A stretch of DNA of 64,000 bases, from contig NIVC01003752.1 in assembly GCA_002269645.1 (NCBI GenBank), positions 14,896-78,895 on the forward strand, read 5' to 3'. The position numbers were made by a program, and so were the translations under genes. The stretch is from Macrostomum lignano (taxonomy: Eukaryota). The notes beneath the pieces are model-generated. The model saw only the letters and a program-made list of their open reading frames with translations. It was not told the DNA's origin and made no database searches. Within the stretch, counting starts at the first letter, position 1. Each line of letters opens with the position of its first letter. Below are positions 1 through 10,464 of this stretch, one piece after another.

Positions 1-224
1 CTCGCGACCTTCGTTAGACCGACTATTAACTTGTTGAATAGATGGCTTAGTATAGTGCGGAAATAATGACAGCAGACTGTGATGCACCGTGCCTCTTGGC
101 CGTTGCTGGCGCTGCTGCTGTACAGATCGTACCGGAGTCCAAGTCTCCGAGGTCAGTCGCAATGACCACAGCTGGTCTGTGGTCCGTTGGTCTCGAGTTT
201 CGCCGCCAAATATTAGCATGTGAC
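1..224 (-). CDS. Kelch-repeat protein, third visible exon (continues past window edge)
   Basis: Acceptor ccctgccag at 225-226; phase-1 join to the 2018 donor gives G-HMLIFGGETRDQRTTDQLWSL, a kelch GG/W blade; frame open to position 1. Confidence 0.8.
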
Positions 225-324
225 CTGGCAGGGTATAAAAGATTTTGTTTACAACCTGGCGCAACAAAGCATGTCGGGCATGTACACTCTGTGTCTTGGT
301 GGTTGGTTGCACATTATTATTATA

Positions 325-440
325 TTGCTGTTCAGTCCAAGGACTGGGGGGGGGGGCGCCACACACACACAGCCCCAATTACCCCAGCTAATGCTGGCAC
401 CCATTTTACAGCTGGGCAAACTGAAGCACTGCATCTATAA
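325..440 (-). mobile_element. SINE fragment (CORE-like domain)
   Basis: ccagctaatgctggcacccattttacagctggg core shared with copies at about 4190, 23740 and 62140. Confidence 0.7.
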
Positions 441-489
441 ATAAATAGAAAACGCTGTTCTTTATAAGAGAGCATTCCTCAATATCACC

Positions 490-570
490 GGAGGGGTTGT
501 AGCCTAGTGGTTAGAGCGTCGGAGTCACGACTTGAAGGTCGGTGGTTCGATTCTCGACCGAAAGTTGTAA
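490..570 (+). pseudogene. tRNA-derived SINE head or tRNA pseudogene
   Basis: A box TAGCCTAGTGG and B box GGTTCGATTC, but the acceptor stem does not pair. Confidence 0.6.
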
Positions 571-876
571 ATTATATGTCTGCCACTTTAAAGCAAATCC
601 AAACAATTCAATCTATTCTATATCATATTATAACGTATAATTAATTATATTCGGTAAAATATATAGTATTAAATTTAAAAGAAGTCCCATCAGGCTAGGC
701 ACAAAGTGCATTAGAATCATCATGCAGAATCAATGATATAGAAAAGTGCAACAGTGAAGTGTATATTCTTGACTCTCCCAGTTTTTTATTTAATAATTAT
801 ATTAACTATCCAATTCAGAATACAAATCAGATCAGTTTTTCTTATGCAAATTGAATTTCTGCTATTAGCAGAATTT

Positions 877-977
877 CAAATGATGTGAACTGCAGCAGAG
901 TGCCACAATCACAAATGATGTGAACTGCAGCAGAGTGCCACAATCACAAATGATGTGAACTGCAGCAGAGTGCCACT
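877..977. repeat. 35-bp tandem repeat, about 3 copies
   Basis: caaatgatgtgaactgcagcagagtgccacaatca at 877, 912, 947. Confidence 0.9.
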
Positions 978-1677
978 ATTCAACCCTTAAAATTATTTAT
1001 ATGACCACAAACAGCGTTTAAAAGCAGCTATTTTTTCGTTAAATCCGCTGACATAAAACAAAGGCAGACAGAATCATGGCTGCGAAAAGAAGCTTATAAA
1101 ATTTCAATTGAAATTTACCTAAACAGGTATCCTTGATCTCACAGTGGCATCAGTGTCAAAAGAGAGAAAAACTAATTTTCTCAACAAAAAGGACTGAAAC
1201 CTCGTTAATTTTAACAACTATAATTAAAGCTTTGAAATTGCAGTGCCAATAACAGATTAACAACGTTTTTAGAATATTTATTCGCTTTAAATCTTTTCTA
1301 AATTAAGATTCTTCTTTGTTGAGAGTTAGAGACAAAGCTTAAGAAGTGAATTTTTCGATTAAGGATCCAATCAAGGATTCAGGACACACATGTAGACACA
1401 CGCATAGGTGGCCATTTGACTTGAAAAGTGAAAATGGTGATTCTTTCATATCTCTATCAGCCAGGCTATCAAAAAGCATATGCTATGCATTGTATGATTT
1501 AAAAAATTGAATAATCATACTTGGATTCCATTATTATTAATCAGTTTGTTACTTTCTAATAAAAATGCTTCTTTCTATCACAAATCAAGAGATTTGAAAA
1601 GTAGAAGGAATCAATAACTTTAATTCCACCTCTTGTACTCGTAAATTGACACTAACTGAATGACTATCTAAGGAAGG

Positions 1678-2000
1678 CCGGCAGTGCGTAGCCCAGTGGT
1701 CTAGCTAGGCGCACTGATGTGCCAGCGGCCCAGGCTCGATTCCAAGTGCAGTCGCATTAATTTGAGGCTAAATTGGAATCTCGGCTTGGCTCTGCTCGTG
1801 CAATCAACGCCCAGCTGAGGGCCAACCACCAAGGCACAGTGAAGTGTACATGCCTAACGATAAATACAGTTAGGGCCGCTGTACACTCCTGTGTGAGTGT
1901 GTGCCTGTGTGTATGACTGCGTACGCATCCGCGCGCTTGTGCGCCTGCTCAGGGGAGTCGGCGGAATGGGCAGCAATGCCTCTCGCCAGCTATGAACGCT
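1678..2000 (+). mobile_element. tRNA-headed SINE in Kelch intron
   Basis: A box TAGCCCAGTGG and B-box-like GGCTCGATTCC followed by a non-tRNA body; 3' end approximate. Confidence 0.55.
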
Positions 2001-2017
2001 CTAAACAGCAGCCTCAC

Positions 2018-2575
2018 CCTGCACAATACAGGCCGAATGAAATGCAACAGCTTGAGGCCCTCCATTAGCCGTTAACTCGCTAACGTGACCGCTACTTGAC
2101 TGATTTCCATCCGTCGGGATTCGAATCCGGGACCACTGGCCAATACGAAAGCTCCAGCGCCACAGGTCGGGCTGGCAGAGGTACAGGCCGCCATAGCCGC
2201 CGAACACGTACATGCCGCAGTCGTGGGCGCAGGCCGTGTGTCCGAACCGAGCACTCGGACCGAAATAAGCGTCAGACGAACTATTCGAATCGCTATGGAT
2301 TGAAGTTAAACCAGTAGAACCGTGCGATCCGTCCGACCCGGTGTCGGACAGCTGGCCAGCCGGACAGCCCGGCCAGACCAGATGCCATTCCTCCGATTTC
2401 AGATCGAATCGCCACAGTTCTTGAGTAGGCTTGTCAGCGTAACCGCCAAAGATGTACAGGTAGCGGCTGTGAAGCACTGCGCTGTGATTGCGGCGGCTGC
2501 TTGGCTGGGGCTGATGCTGCTGCTGATGATGCTGCTGCAGGTGCTGCTGCACTGGCGACAGGCGGCCAGATGGAA
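2018..2575 (-). CDS. Kelch-repeat protein, second visible exon
   Basis: HSAVLHSRYLYIFGGY and ARFGHTACAHDCGMYVFGGY kelch blades; acceptor gaccgcag (2576-77), donor GTGAGG (2017); phases match neighbours. Confidence 0.85.
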
Positions 2576-2654
2576 CTGCGGTCAGTTTTTAAGGGGATTT
2601 TTTTAGCTGGGAATTGTTGTAAACACTGGTTACAGTTAGATTAATCATGTCATC

Positions 2655-3540
2655 TGAATTGAGATTCTTAAGGTGAGATGGACTGAGATTCTCCAGGTCA
2701 GATGGACTGAGATTCTCAAGGTGAGATGGACTGAGAGTCTCCAAGTCAGATGGACTGAAATTCTCAAGGTGAGATGGACTGAGATTCTCCAGGTCAGATG
2801 GACTGAGATTCTCAAGGTGAGATGGACTGAGATTCTCCAGGTCAGATGGACTGAGATTCTCAAGGTGAGATGGACTGAGATTCTCCAGGTGAGATGGAAT
2901 GAGAATCTCAAGGTGAGATGGACTGAGATTCTCAAGGTGAGATGGAATGAGAATCTCAAGGTGAGATGGACTGAGATTCTCCAGGTGAGATGGAATGAGA
3001 ATATCAAGGTGAGATGGACTGAAATTCTTAAAGTGAGATTGACTGAGAATCTAAAGGTGAGATGGACTGAGATTCTCGAGGTGAGATTGGCTGAGAATCT
3101 AAAATTGAGATGGACTGAGATTCTCAAAGTGAGATTGACTGAGAATCTCAAGGTGAGATGGACTGAGATTCTCAAGGTGAGATGGACTGAGATTCTCCAG
3201 GTGAGATGGACTGAGAATCTAAAGGTGAGATGGACTGAGATTCTCGAGGTGAGATTGGCTGAGAATCTAAAGGTGAGATGGACTGAGATTCTCGAGGTGA
3301 GATTGGCTGAAAATCTAAAAGTGAGATGGACTGAGATTCTCAAAGTGAGATTGACTGAGAATCTCAAGGTGAGATGGACTGAAATTCTCGAGGTGAGATT
3401 GGCTGAGGATCTCAAGGTGAGATGAACTGAGATTTTCAAAGTGAGATGGACTGAGATTCTCAAGGAGAGATTGACTAAGATTCCCTAGATATGATAGACT
3501 GGGAATCTCAAGGTGAGACGGACTGAGATTCCCAAGTTAA
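2655..3540. repeat. 24-bp intronic minisatellite, about 37 copies
   Basis: Unit aaggtgagatggactgagattctc; explains the 8-aa periodic ORFs 2645-3463 and 2673-3425. Confidence 0.95.
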
Positions 3541-3585
3541 GATTGGCTTACAATCTTTAGATGGAACAGGCATACAGACACTCAC

Positions 3586-4033
3586 CAGCAGCCGCAGGCG
3601 CAGTCAGTTGATCAACCACCGCTACCCCACCAGGCTGCCACTGCCTGCTAAGCCGCAGTCTCGGCGACACAATCCACAAAGGACAGTCCGGATAGCCTCC
3701 GTGGGTGCCGCCAAACAGGTACAGCCTGCCATTTGCGCCAGTCATTGTGTGACCGTCTAAATGAGGTGGCGCGCAACCAGTCAGGCTCAGCCGCTCCCAG
3801 CCTGCGTCCGAGCGCCAACGCCAAGTGTCTTTCAACGGTTGCCGACCTCGCCGACCGCCGTGTACATACAGCCAGCCATTTAACAGGGCGCAGGCCTGTT
3901 TCCAACGGCCCAATGGTTGAGGCTGATCGGCACTATCCAGAAGACTCTGCTCTTCATCAGAAACATCTGGAGCAAAGGTGCCGTTAAATGGTGTTGGCCC
4001 AGTCAGTTGAGACCATTGTACAGTGTTGTCGGT
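3586..4033 (-). CDS. Kelch-repeat protein, first visible coding exon (no start codon)
   Basis: Open frame TDNTVQWSQL...WLYVHGGRR...GHTMTGANGRLYLFGG; acceptor ttttaacacag at 4034-35; donor GTGAGT at 3585. Confidence 0.85.
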
Positions 4034-4186
4034 CTGTGTTAAAAGTAAATGATTAAAATAGCTTTATTAACTGTTTATGCTGCTAACAGTAGCAATAAAT
4101 GGAAATTTGATCTAAAATCGTTTATTTATTTTTCACTTTAATTTAATTGTTTATGATAAGAATAAAAAGTAATTAGACTTGCAACA

Positions 4187-4435
4187 ATGGGCAGATATGC
4201 AACCGACAGCTCAGCCGCAGCTATTGCGCGGTGCACCTGAAGGCTGCGTACAGCTGTTCAGTCCAAGGACTGGGGGGTCGCCACACAGCCTCAATTACCC
4301 CAGCTAATGCTGGCACCCATTTTACAGCTGGGTGAACTGAAGCAATGCAGAGTTAAGTATCTTGCTCAAATACACAAATTGCTCCAGTTGGGATCGGGAA
4401 TCGAACCCCCAACCCCCAGACCAATGTAGTCCACT
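4187..4435 (-). mobile_element. tRNA/CORE-type SINE, near full length
   Basis: On the minus strand: B box GGTTCGATTCCC, CORE-like ttcacccagctgtaaaatgggtgccagc, and a tail shared with 23735-23962. Confidence 0.75.
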
Positions 4436-5989
4436 TTGATAAAAGACAGCTAAAACAGTGGATTTTTCAAATTAGAAAGCTAAAAACTGGATTAAGCACA
4501 TCTTTGATTAGAAATTAGAAATGGTTGCCAGCAACAGGAATGCAAAATCATTGCATTTCTCTTATGACTGTGGTGTGACAGCCTTCACTCTCAAGCACCC
4601 TATTAGATACTATCAATACTACTATCAGAAGTAGCTATATTAATAATTAGGATTCTTTGATTCTTTTTGCTAAAAATATTAAATTATAAATTAAATAAAA
4701 TAACAGCACGAATGGCTCAATCAAAATAGTTTGAACATACAGACATTTTCTAAATAAATATTGTTATTCTATAATTATTGAGCAAAAGTAAGCAGACAAC
4801 TGCAAACAAAATAAATAAGTGACCATTACAATTCCAAAGTTAGTACACTTCATTGCCAAAAAAATAAATTCAGACACCAGTTTTATATCTATCTCTCACC
4901 TGCAACATCATTCTAGAATATTCAAAAGAGACATTTTCTCTTTCATTGCACATAAAAGCCTGTAGGCCAAAGGATTAAAAGTAGTTATGCAATAATTTTA
5001 CCAAAAAATTTATCAATCTATTTATGTCATTTTTTATTCAAAGCAGGAGCTTTAATTATGAAATTAAACAAATATCAATATATTGATTCCTACCTTTATT
5101 CTTGATGCAACAGCATTGCTATAATCAGCAATAGACATGTATTTTGTCTGGAAAATAGCAAGAAAAAAGATTTATAGCTAGTTGGCATAGGTAGATAGCC
5201 AAGAAAAAAAATCTATTTAAATTATGTCATGGCTTGTGTATTGTAGTTTATTAAAGACACACCATGAACATATCATGAGAATATTTTGATAAAAACATGG
5301 CATTACTATTCATTAAACTCTTGATTAAACAAAACATTTTTGATTTCTTAAAGATTAGACAATAACATTGTTTAACCACTAATTTTTTCAACATTTCTTT
5401 ATGAGCTTCCTTGCAAAGTACTATGATATCTGATTGCAAATTGTTTTTGAAATGCTATAAGTAGACAAGCAATGAAGTTCCAATGCTCTTTGAAATGTAT
5501 TGCTATGCTTCCACGTGCACAAGCTCTGTGCTTATCACCACACAAGAAAGGAAATCCAGTGCAAATGCATAGATTTTCAAAATATGACACTATAGCAAAG
5601 TGCTAGTAGCAGCTACTAGAGCTAGATATTCACTTGCAAACAAATATATCATAGGGCCTATATGTGTGCAGCTTGTACTTTATGGATGAGGCCTACAATT
5701 GCCTCAAGCCTGCAACCTGCCTTCTGCCACTACTGTGGCAGAGCAACAATAGCTACTAGATGCTGTGCCAAGAACAGCTATTGCAAGTGAGAGCTCTCAC
5801 CTTTGCAGCCAATTCTAAGTGCAAGAGGCAATAATAAAGTGGCTGCAGAGGCAATTATTGATGGTCAAGGCTAGTGCAATGCAGGTATGCATCCATGGCC
5901 ATGTGGCTGAGGTAGCTTCTACCAGTCAACTGAAGAGCAGCTGCACCACAAAAGTCTTGTTGCTTATTGGCTATTACAAAACCACTAGG

Positions 5990-6480
5990 CATTGCCTTTG
6001 CAAGATGACAATCATGCTGCAACTAGTCACCTAATACCATCAAATAAAGCCTCTAGCAGCAACTCCAATGAAGCAGCTATCATGCTATTGCACAAACTGA
6101 TAGAAGGCTTGATTGCTGACCAAGGCAATGCAGTACTAAACAAGGCCACTGAATATGTTGCTGGCTATGTGCTAAAATGAGTGGTGTGTAGGACTGCATT
6201 GACTGCAGTGTCAGATCTGTCTGGCTATCACATGCAACACAATAGTCATTATCTGGCTCACATAGTCATTAGCCTCATACACATTTTGCTTGTGGCTTTG
6301 GATGAGTTTTGCAAGATAGAGGCTGCTTTCATAGCATTATTTCCTAGTTTTACTTGTAGCTAAACAATTGGCTGCTATGTTCATAGCTGTAGCAGTTGCA
6401 TTGCTAGCATGCAGCTTACAACTACATATGTGTAGCATCAAATATGCAGCATGTTTGCATGGCTTCAACTGTATCATTGG
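5990..6480 (+). pseudogene. Possible decayed P-element/THAP9-like transposase C-terminus
   Basis: TEYVAGYVLK followed, after a frameshift, by a CxxC (CIDC); resembles the YIAGYV..CxxC motif; heavily decayed. Confidence 0.3.
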
Positions 6481-7345
6481 TGCCCTTACAAGATAAAAAG
6501 CCTATGAGCAGAGGCGAGCAAGAGCAGCACATTGAAAAAAGTTTCATAAACTGATAGACTGATTAATTGATAAGAAATCTTTCTGTTTAGTTATATAAAT
6601 ATAGAATATATAATAGAGCCGTCTATAGTTAACTACAATAACATAGCCTTCAATGCAATCTAAAGCATTTAAACTGCTGCTTTTAACTGTGGAAAATATA
6701 ATTATAAGTTTATACTTGCATATAAAATCATAATACAATTGCTACATTGTATTCATTGGTTCTGAATTTTTTTAAATATAAAAAACACTAAAATGTTTAT
6801 ATTACTACTAAGCAGAGAATAGAATAAACAAATTTATAATGAAAATTATTCAGAGTGGCCTGTCTACTGTTGTCTGTTGATAATATATATAGATAAAAAT
6901 AATCTATCAATTTTCTCTCTATGAAACTAAAATTTCTAAGTAGGCCCTTATAAAAATCTTTTTCAATAAAACTAAAAACCATAAAAAACATTTCTATGAA
7001 ACTGAAATCCATCAGTGCCAATTAGCACTGCACCTCAGTCTAGCCTTGCCAAGCCTCCAAATTCTATTAACATGTCAACCACATGTGTTTGCATTTGCAC
7101 TTTGTTGGTCACTGGCCTCACCTTGCACCCAGGTCAAGTTTCTAGACTTTTAACAGGTGGCACCAGGTGACTATAAACATACTGTTACAAAATTCTTTAG
7201 TTTTGCCAATCAAGTTTCAATAATAGGCAAACCTCAACTGCTAGACATGCTCAGCTAGTCGCTTAAGTATTCTATTATTAACCCAATGTCAATGCCAAAG
7301 GCATGCATCTATTACCTTGACAAAAAAGTTTATAGCACTTCTTTG

Positions 7346-8036
7346 TAGAGCTGTCACAAGATCTTGATGAGACAAGATTCAAGACAAGATCTTGACATTT
7401 TTTCTTGTCTCGAGAAATCTCAAATTTTGTCAAGAAATTCGAGACGAGATTCAAGAATTTTTCTGATACTTTTTTTCAAAAGCTTTTAAGTGATAAGATA
7501 TAAAAAGGGGAGCAAATTTTCATATAAATACAACTGTTTGTTGTAACACGCTTGATAGGGCAATTTTCAAATGGTAAAATCTAGCCAATGTCAAGCAGTT
7601 TTAGTTATTTAATGAACATTGTTATATATGAGTTTGCATTGCATATGCACTCTTTTAGTTATCATTTCAGTTCTGCGGCAAGGTGTATCATAGCAGACTC
7701 GAAGACAATCTACATAGGTCTTTTGATGAATTAGTAATAGACATAATAGGGTCAATGGCCTATATGCTACAAGCATAAATGCTTATGAATAAATAGCAAA
7801 GAATTAAAACTAGAATTAAGAAAGTATTCTGGAAAATTTAAAAAATATATTTTAGAATTGTATCTTATCAAGAAATTTAAGACAAGATAAGACAAGATAA
7901 GAGCAAGACAAGATGCAATTCTGAAATCTTTTTTTTTAGATTTACTTTGTCTTGTCTCGTCTTGAAATTCTCAACTTATAAGCCTGTCTCGTCTCAAATC
8001 TCGTCTTAAATAAAATCTCTAATTTTGACAGCTCTA
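7346..8036. mobile_element. hAT-type MITE, 691 bp
   Basis: TIR TAGAGCTGTCA/TGACAGCTCTA; 8-bp TSD CTTCTTTG (7338-45, 8037-44); subterminal gacaag/gacgag repeats. Confidence 0.9.
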
Positions 8037-9155
8037 CTTCTTTGCTAGATTTGCTCGTTTTGCAAGTAGCATTCCTATGAGGCACTGACAAGCTAAAGAA
8101 GACAAGACAAAAATAATGTATGGCAATCTTCAAGTTTCATTCGTTAAATTATTTTTTCAATGATTTCTAAATTATCTTGCTCTGAGATGATTATTTTTGA
8201 GCTCTCCAGTGTACCCAGCCCTTTCCTAGCTAAGAAAGTAGCAGCTTTGTTAATATTAACCTCTAACGTACCATAAAGCCAGAAATATAAGATGCAAACA
8301 AGCAAAGCTAACATGTAACGCTGAGTACAAACAGACAGAAATAGTAACACAGTGGGGTACAACAGGGGCAGTAGTAGCAGTCCAGTTCAGAAGCAACAGT
8401 TTAGCATATAGAACTCAATGCTTAGACATTATAGTAATGTGCGATCTAGTAGATGAGGTCCAGTAGCTGACATAGCTTGAGGGCAATTCCACAAATGGGT
8501 CACCACTAGGACAAAAATAAAAAAATTGTTGAATAATGACAACTTTATGTTTATAATATAGTTAAACATGTATATTTTTGTCCTTTTTATTTTTTTTAAT
8601 CTGCTGCCTTTTTTCATTTGATTTTTTGCTCCCAATGTACATACCCTTCACCCGGACCTAAATATAATGCTTTTCTTATAACAAATAATTTCATTCCCTG
8701 GCTGTTTGGAATTTCATTGAGCCATACTTTTTTCTATACGTTAAGTGTGTCTTTTGCAGCTTATTGCAATCTTTCTTTTTAATGTAAAGTTCATAGGACA
8801 AGGAATATTGGACTTCAAAGTTTAAAAACTGTAGTACAGCTACGACCGTCACAAAAAAATCTAAAAAGATTTTCCTTGGCTTTCCTGTAAGACCTACTAT
8901 TGTAAAAATGCACAAAAAATTAGTCTTTCATGTGTACTTTTATTTGGTATAATTTGGTTCACATAAGTCTTAAGGGCTAGTAGAAAAAAGTCTGCAAAGT
9001 TAGCTACGACCATCACAGGAATTTTGTATCTAATGACACTCTATAGTATACCAGCTGGTATACTTTCATATCATCTTCTTTTACGAATTGAAATCAAGTT
9101 AAAGGCATTATTAAACTTCCAATGTACCATATATTCAGTTTTGCAGCAATTCACA

Positions 9156-9575
9156 ATGAAGCCTTCCTCACAGCGTAGCAAGGACTATCGCATAAGACAT
9201 GCAGCTGTCCTTCGAGAAAAAGAGCGGCTGAAGAGTGAGCGGCGCCGAGCTTTGCAATCACCAACGCAGGTGAGGGATCAGAACCACCAGGCATGCATTC
9301 GGTTTCAGAAGTGTAAAGCCAAGCGTGCTGCTGCTGCCTCTGCTGAGCCTGCTGATGATCCTGCTCCATCATCATCTGTCGGGCCCCTATGCTGCACAAA
9401 GAATGGCGAGCCAGAGGCCAAGGTCAGTGTCATGGCTGAGTGCGGGCCAAACACCTACCGCTGGCCAAAGAAGCAGGACTGCATTTATTTTGCACTGTCA
9501 GACATCGTGCAGCATCTTCAGCCCCCCACGCCCAAGAACAATCGTGGGCACTTTGAGTTCCCCATCCCATTTTGA
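9156..9575 (+). CDS. 139-aa transposase N-/C-terminal fusion ORF
   Basis: ATG 9156 after a ttgcag acceptor; basic N-terminus plus WP..D..PP..RG.F C-terminus; no catalytic core. Confidence 0.5.
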   Translation: MKPSSQRSKDYRIRHAAVLREKERLKSERRRALQSPTQVRDQNHQACIRFQKCKAKRAAAASAEPADDPAPSSSVGPLCCTKNGEPEAKVSVMAECGPNTYRWPKKQDCIYFALSDIVQHLQPPTPKNNRGHFEFPIPF

Positions 9576-10324
9576 GTTTGACTATAATTTGTATCCTGAC
9601 TGGGTGGCTATATGTCTGCAGCTGTCTGATTAAATAACTGTTCAATATTGGTGTGTATCTGTCCCTGACTATGCGTGACTAAATGCCCTTGACTTTGTTC
9701 ACCTGGGCAAATGATTGTTCACCCCAACTACTGTTCATTTTGCTGCCAGCGTTTTGCTGTTCCCCCAGTTGCTCATAGCAGTTACTTTCCTAATAGCCAA
9801 TTTACCATTTTCTAATTCAAATGCATTGTCTAACTCATTTTATAGTTAAATTGCACACGTTTTAACATTGGATTAGCGCCATTTACCAGATGGATGCCAG
9901 GGGTCACTTGATGGGATAGCCAACTGGGGTCATTGTCTAGCAGCCTTCCATCAGAAGCTCCAATGATGACCCCCATAATAATGATTTTTTGTCACTTATA
10001 ATTACTGTTGAAATACGTAACATTGGTGTATAATTTGAATTATGACCTTTAGTAGTCTTTTTTTATTTGTGTTACATGCAGTTTTCAATTTTTCCGAGTT
10101 GGTTAGAGTGGGTAAATTGAAGGCTACGACTGTCACGCTACGACCATCACAACAAAAAATAATCATAAAAATTAATAAAAAAAGAGTACTACGCCTAGCT
10201 TTGTCTCTTTTTTCAAGGTGCTAGTGTTTTTTATCAGAAACAGACCAATTTAGATACCTAAGCAGTTGTAATTCTCAGGATTTAAAATTCTTTTTTTCCA
10301 ACTGCACCATGCTTGGGCACAACC

Positions 10325-10464
10325 TTGGGATTCCCTCGGCCGTTTCTATTGGCAACACACACATGTAAGTTGCTATTGGACGGAATAGTAGTCACGTGAC
10401 TGCTCTCAGCCAATAGCGACTTACATGTGTGTGTTGCCAATAGAAACGGCCGGGTGATTCCCAA
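10325..10464. repeat. About 140-bp near-perfect hairpin centred on GTCACGTGAC
   Basis: Arms cggccgtttctattggcaacacacacatgtaagt and acttacatgtgtgtgttgccaatagaaacggccg. Confidence 0.9.

Noticed and set aside
490-570. Functional tRNA gene
   Set aside because: Acceptor and anticodon stems do not pair properly; treated as a SINE head or pseudogene.
2645-3463. Long periodic ORFs here and at 19430-20018, 24623-25737, 41088-41558, 49699-50704, 52422-53171, 53975-54598, 57318-58035, 59969-60902
   Set aside because: By-products of stop-free tandem repeats or low-complexity DNA, mostly intronic or intergenic.
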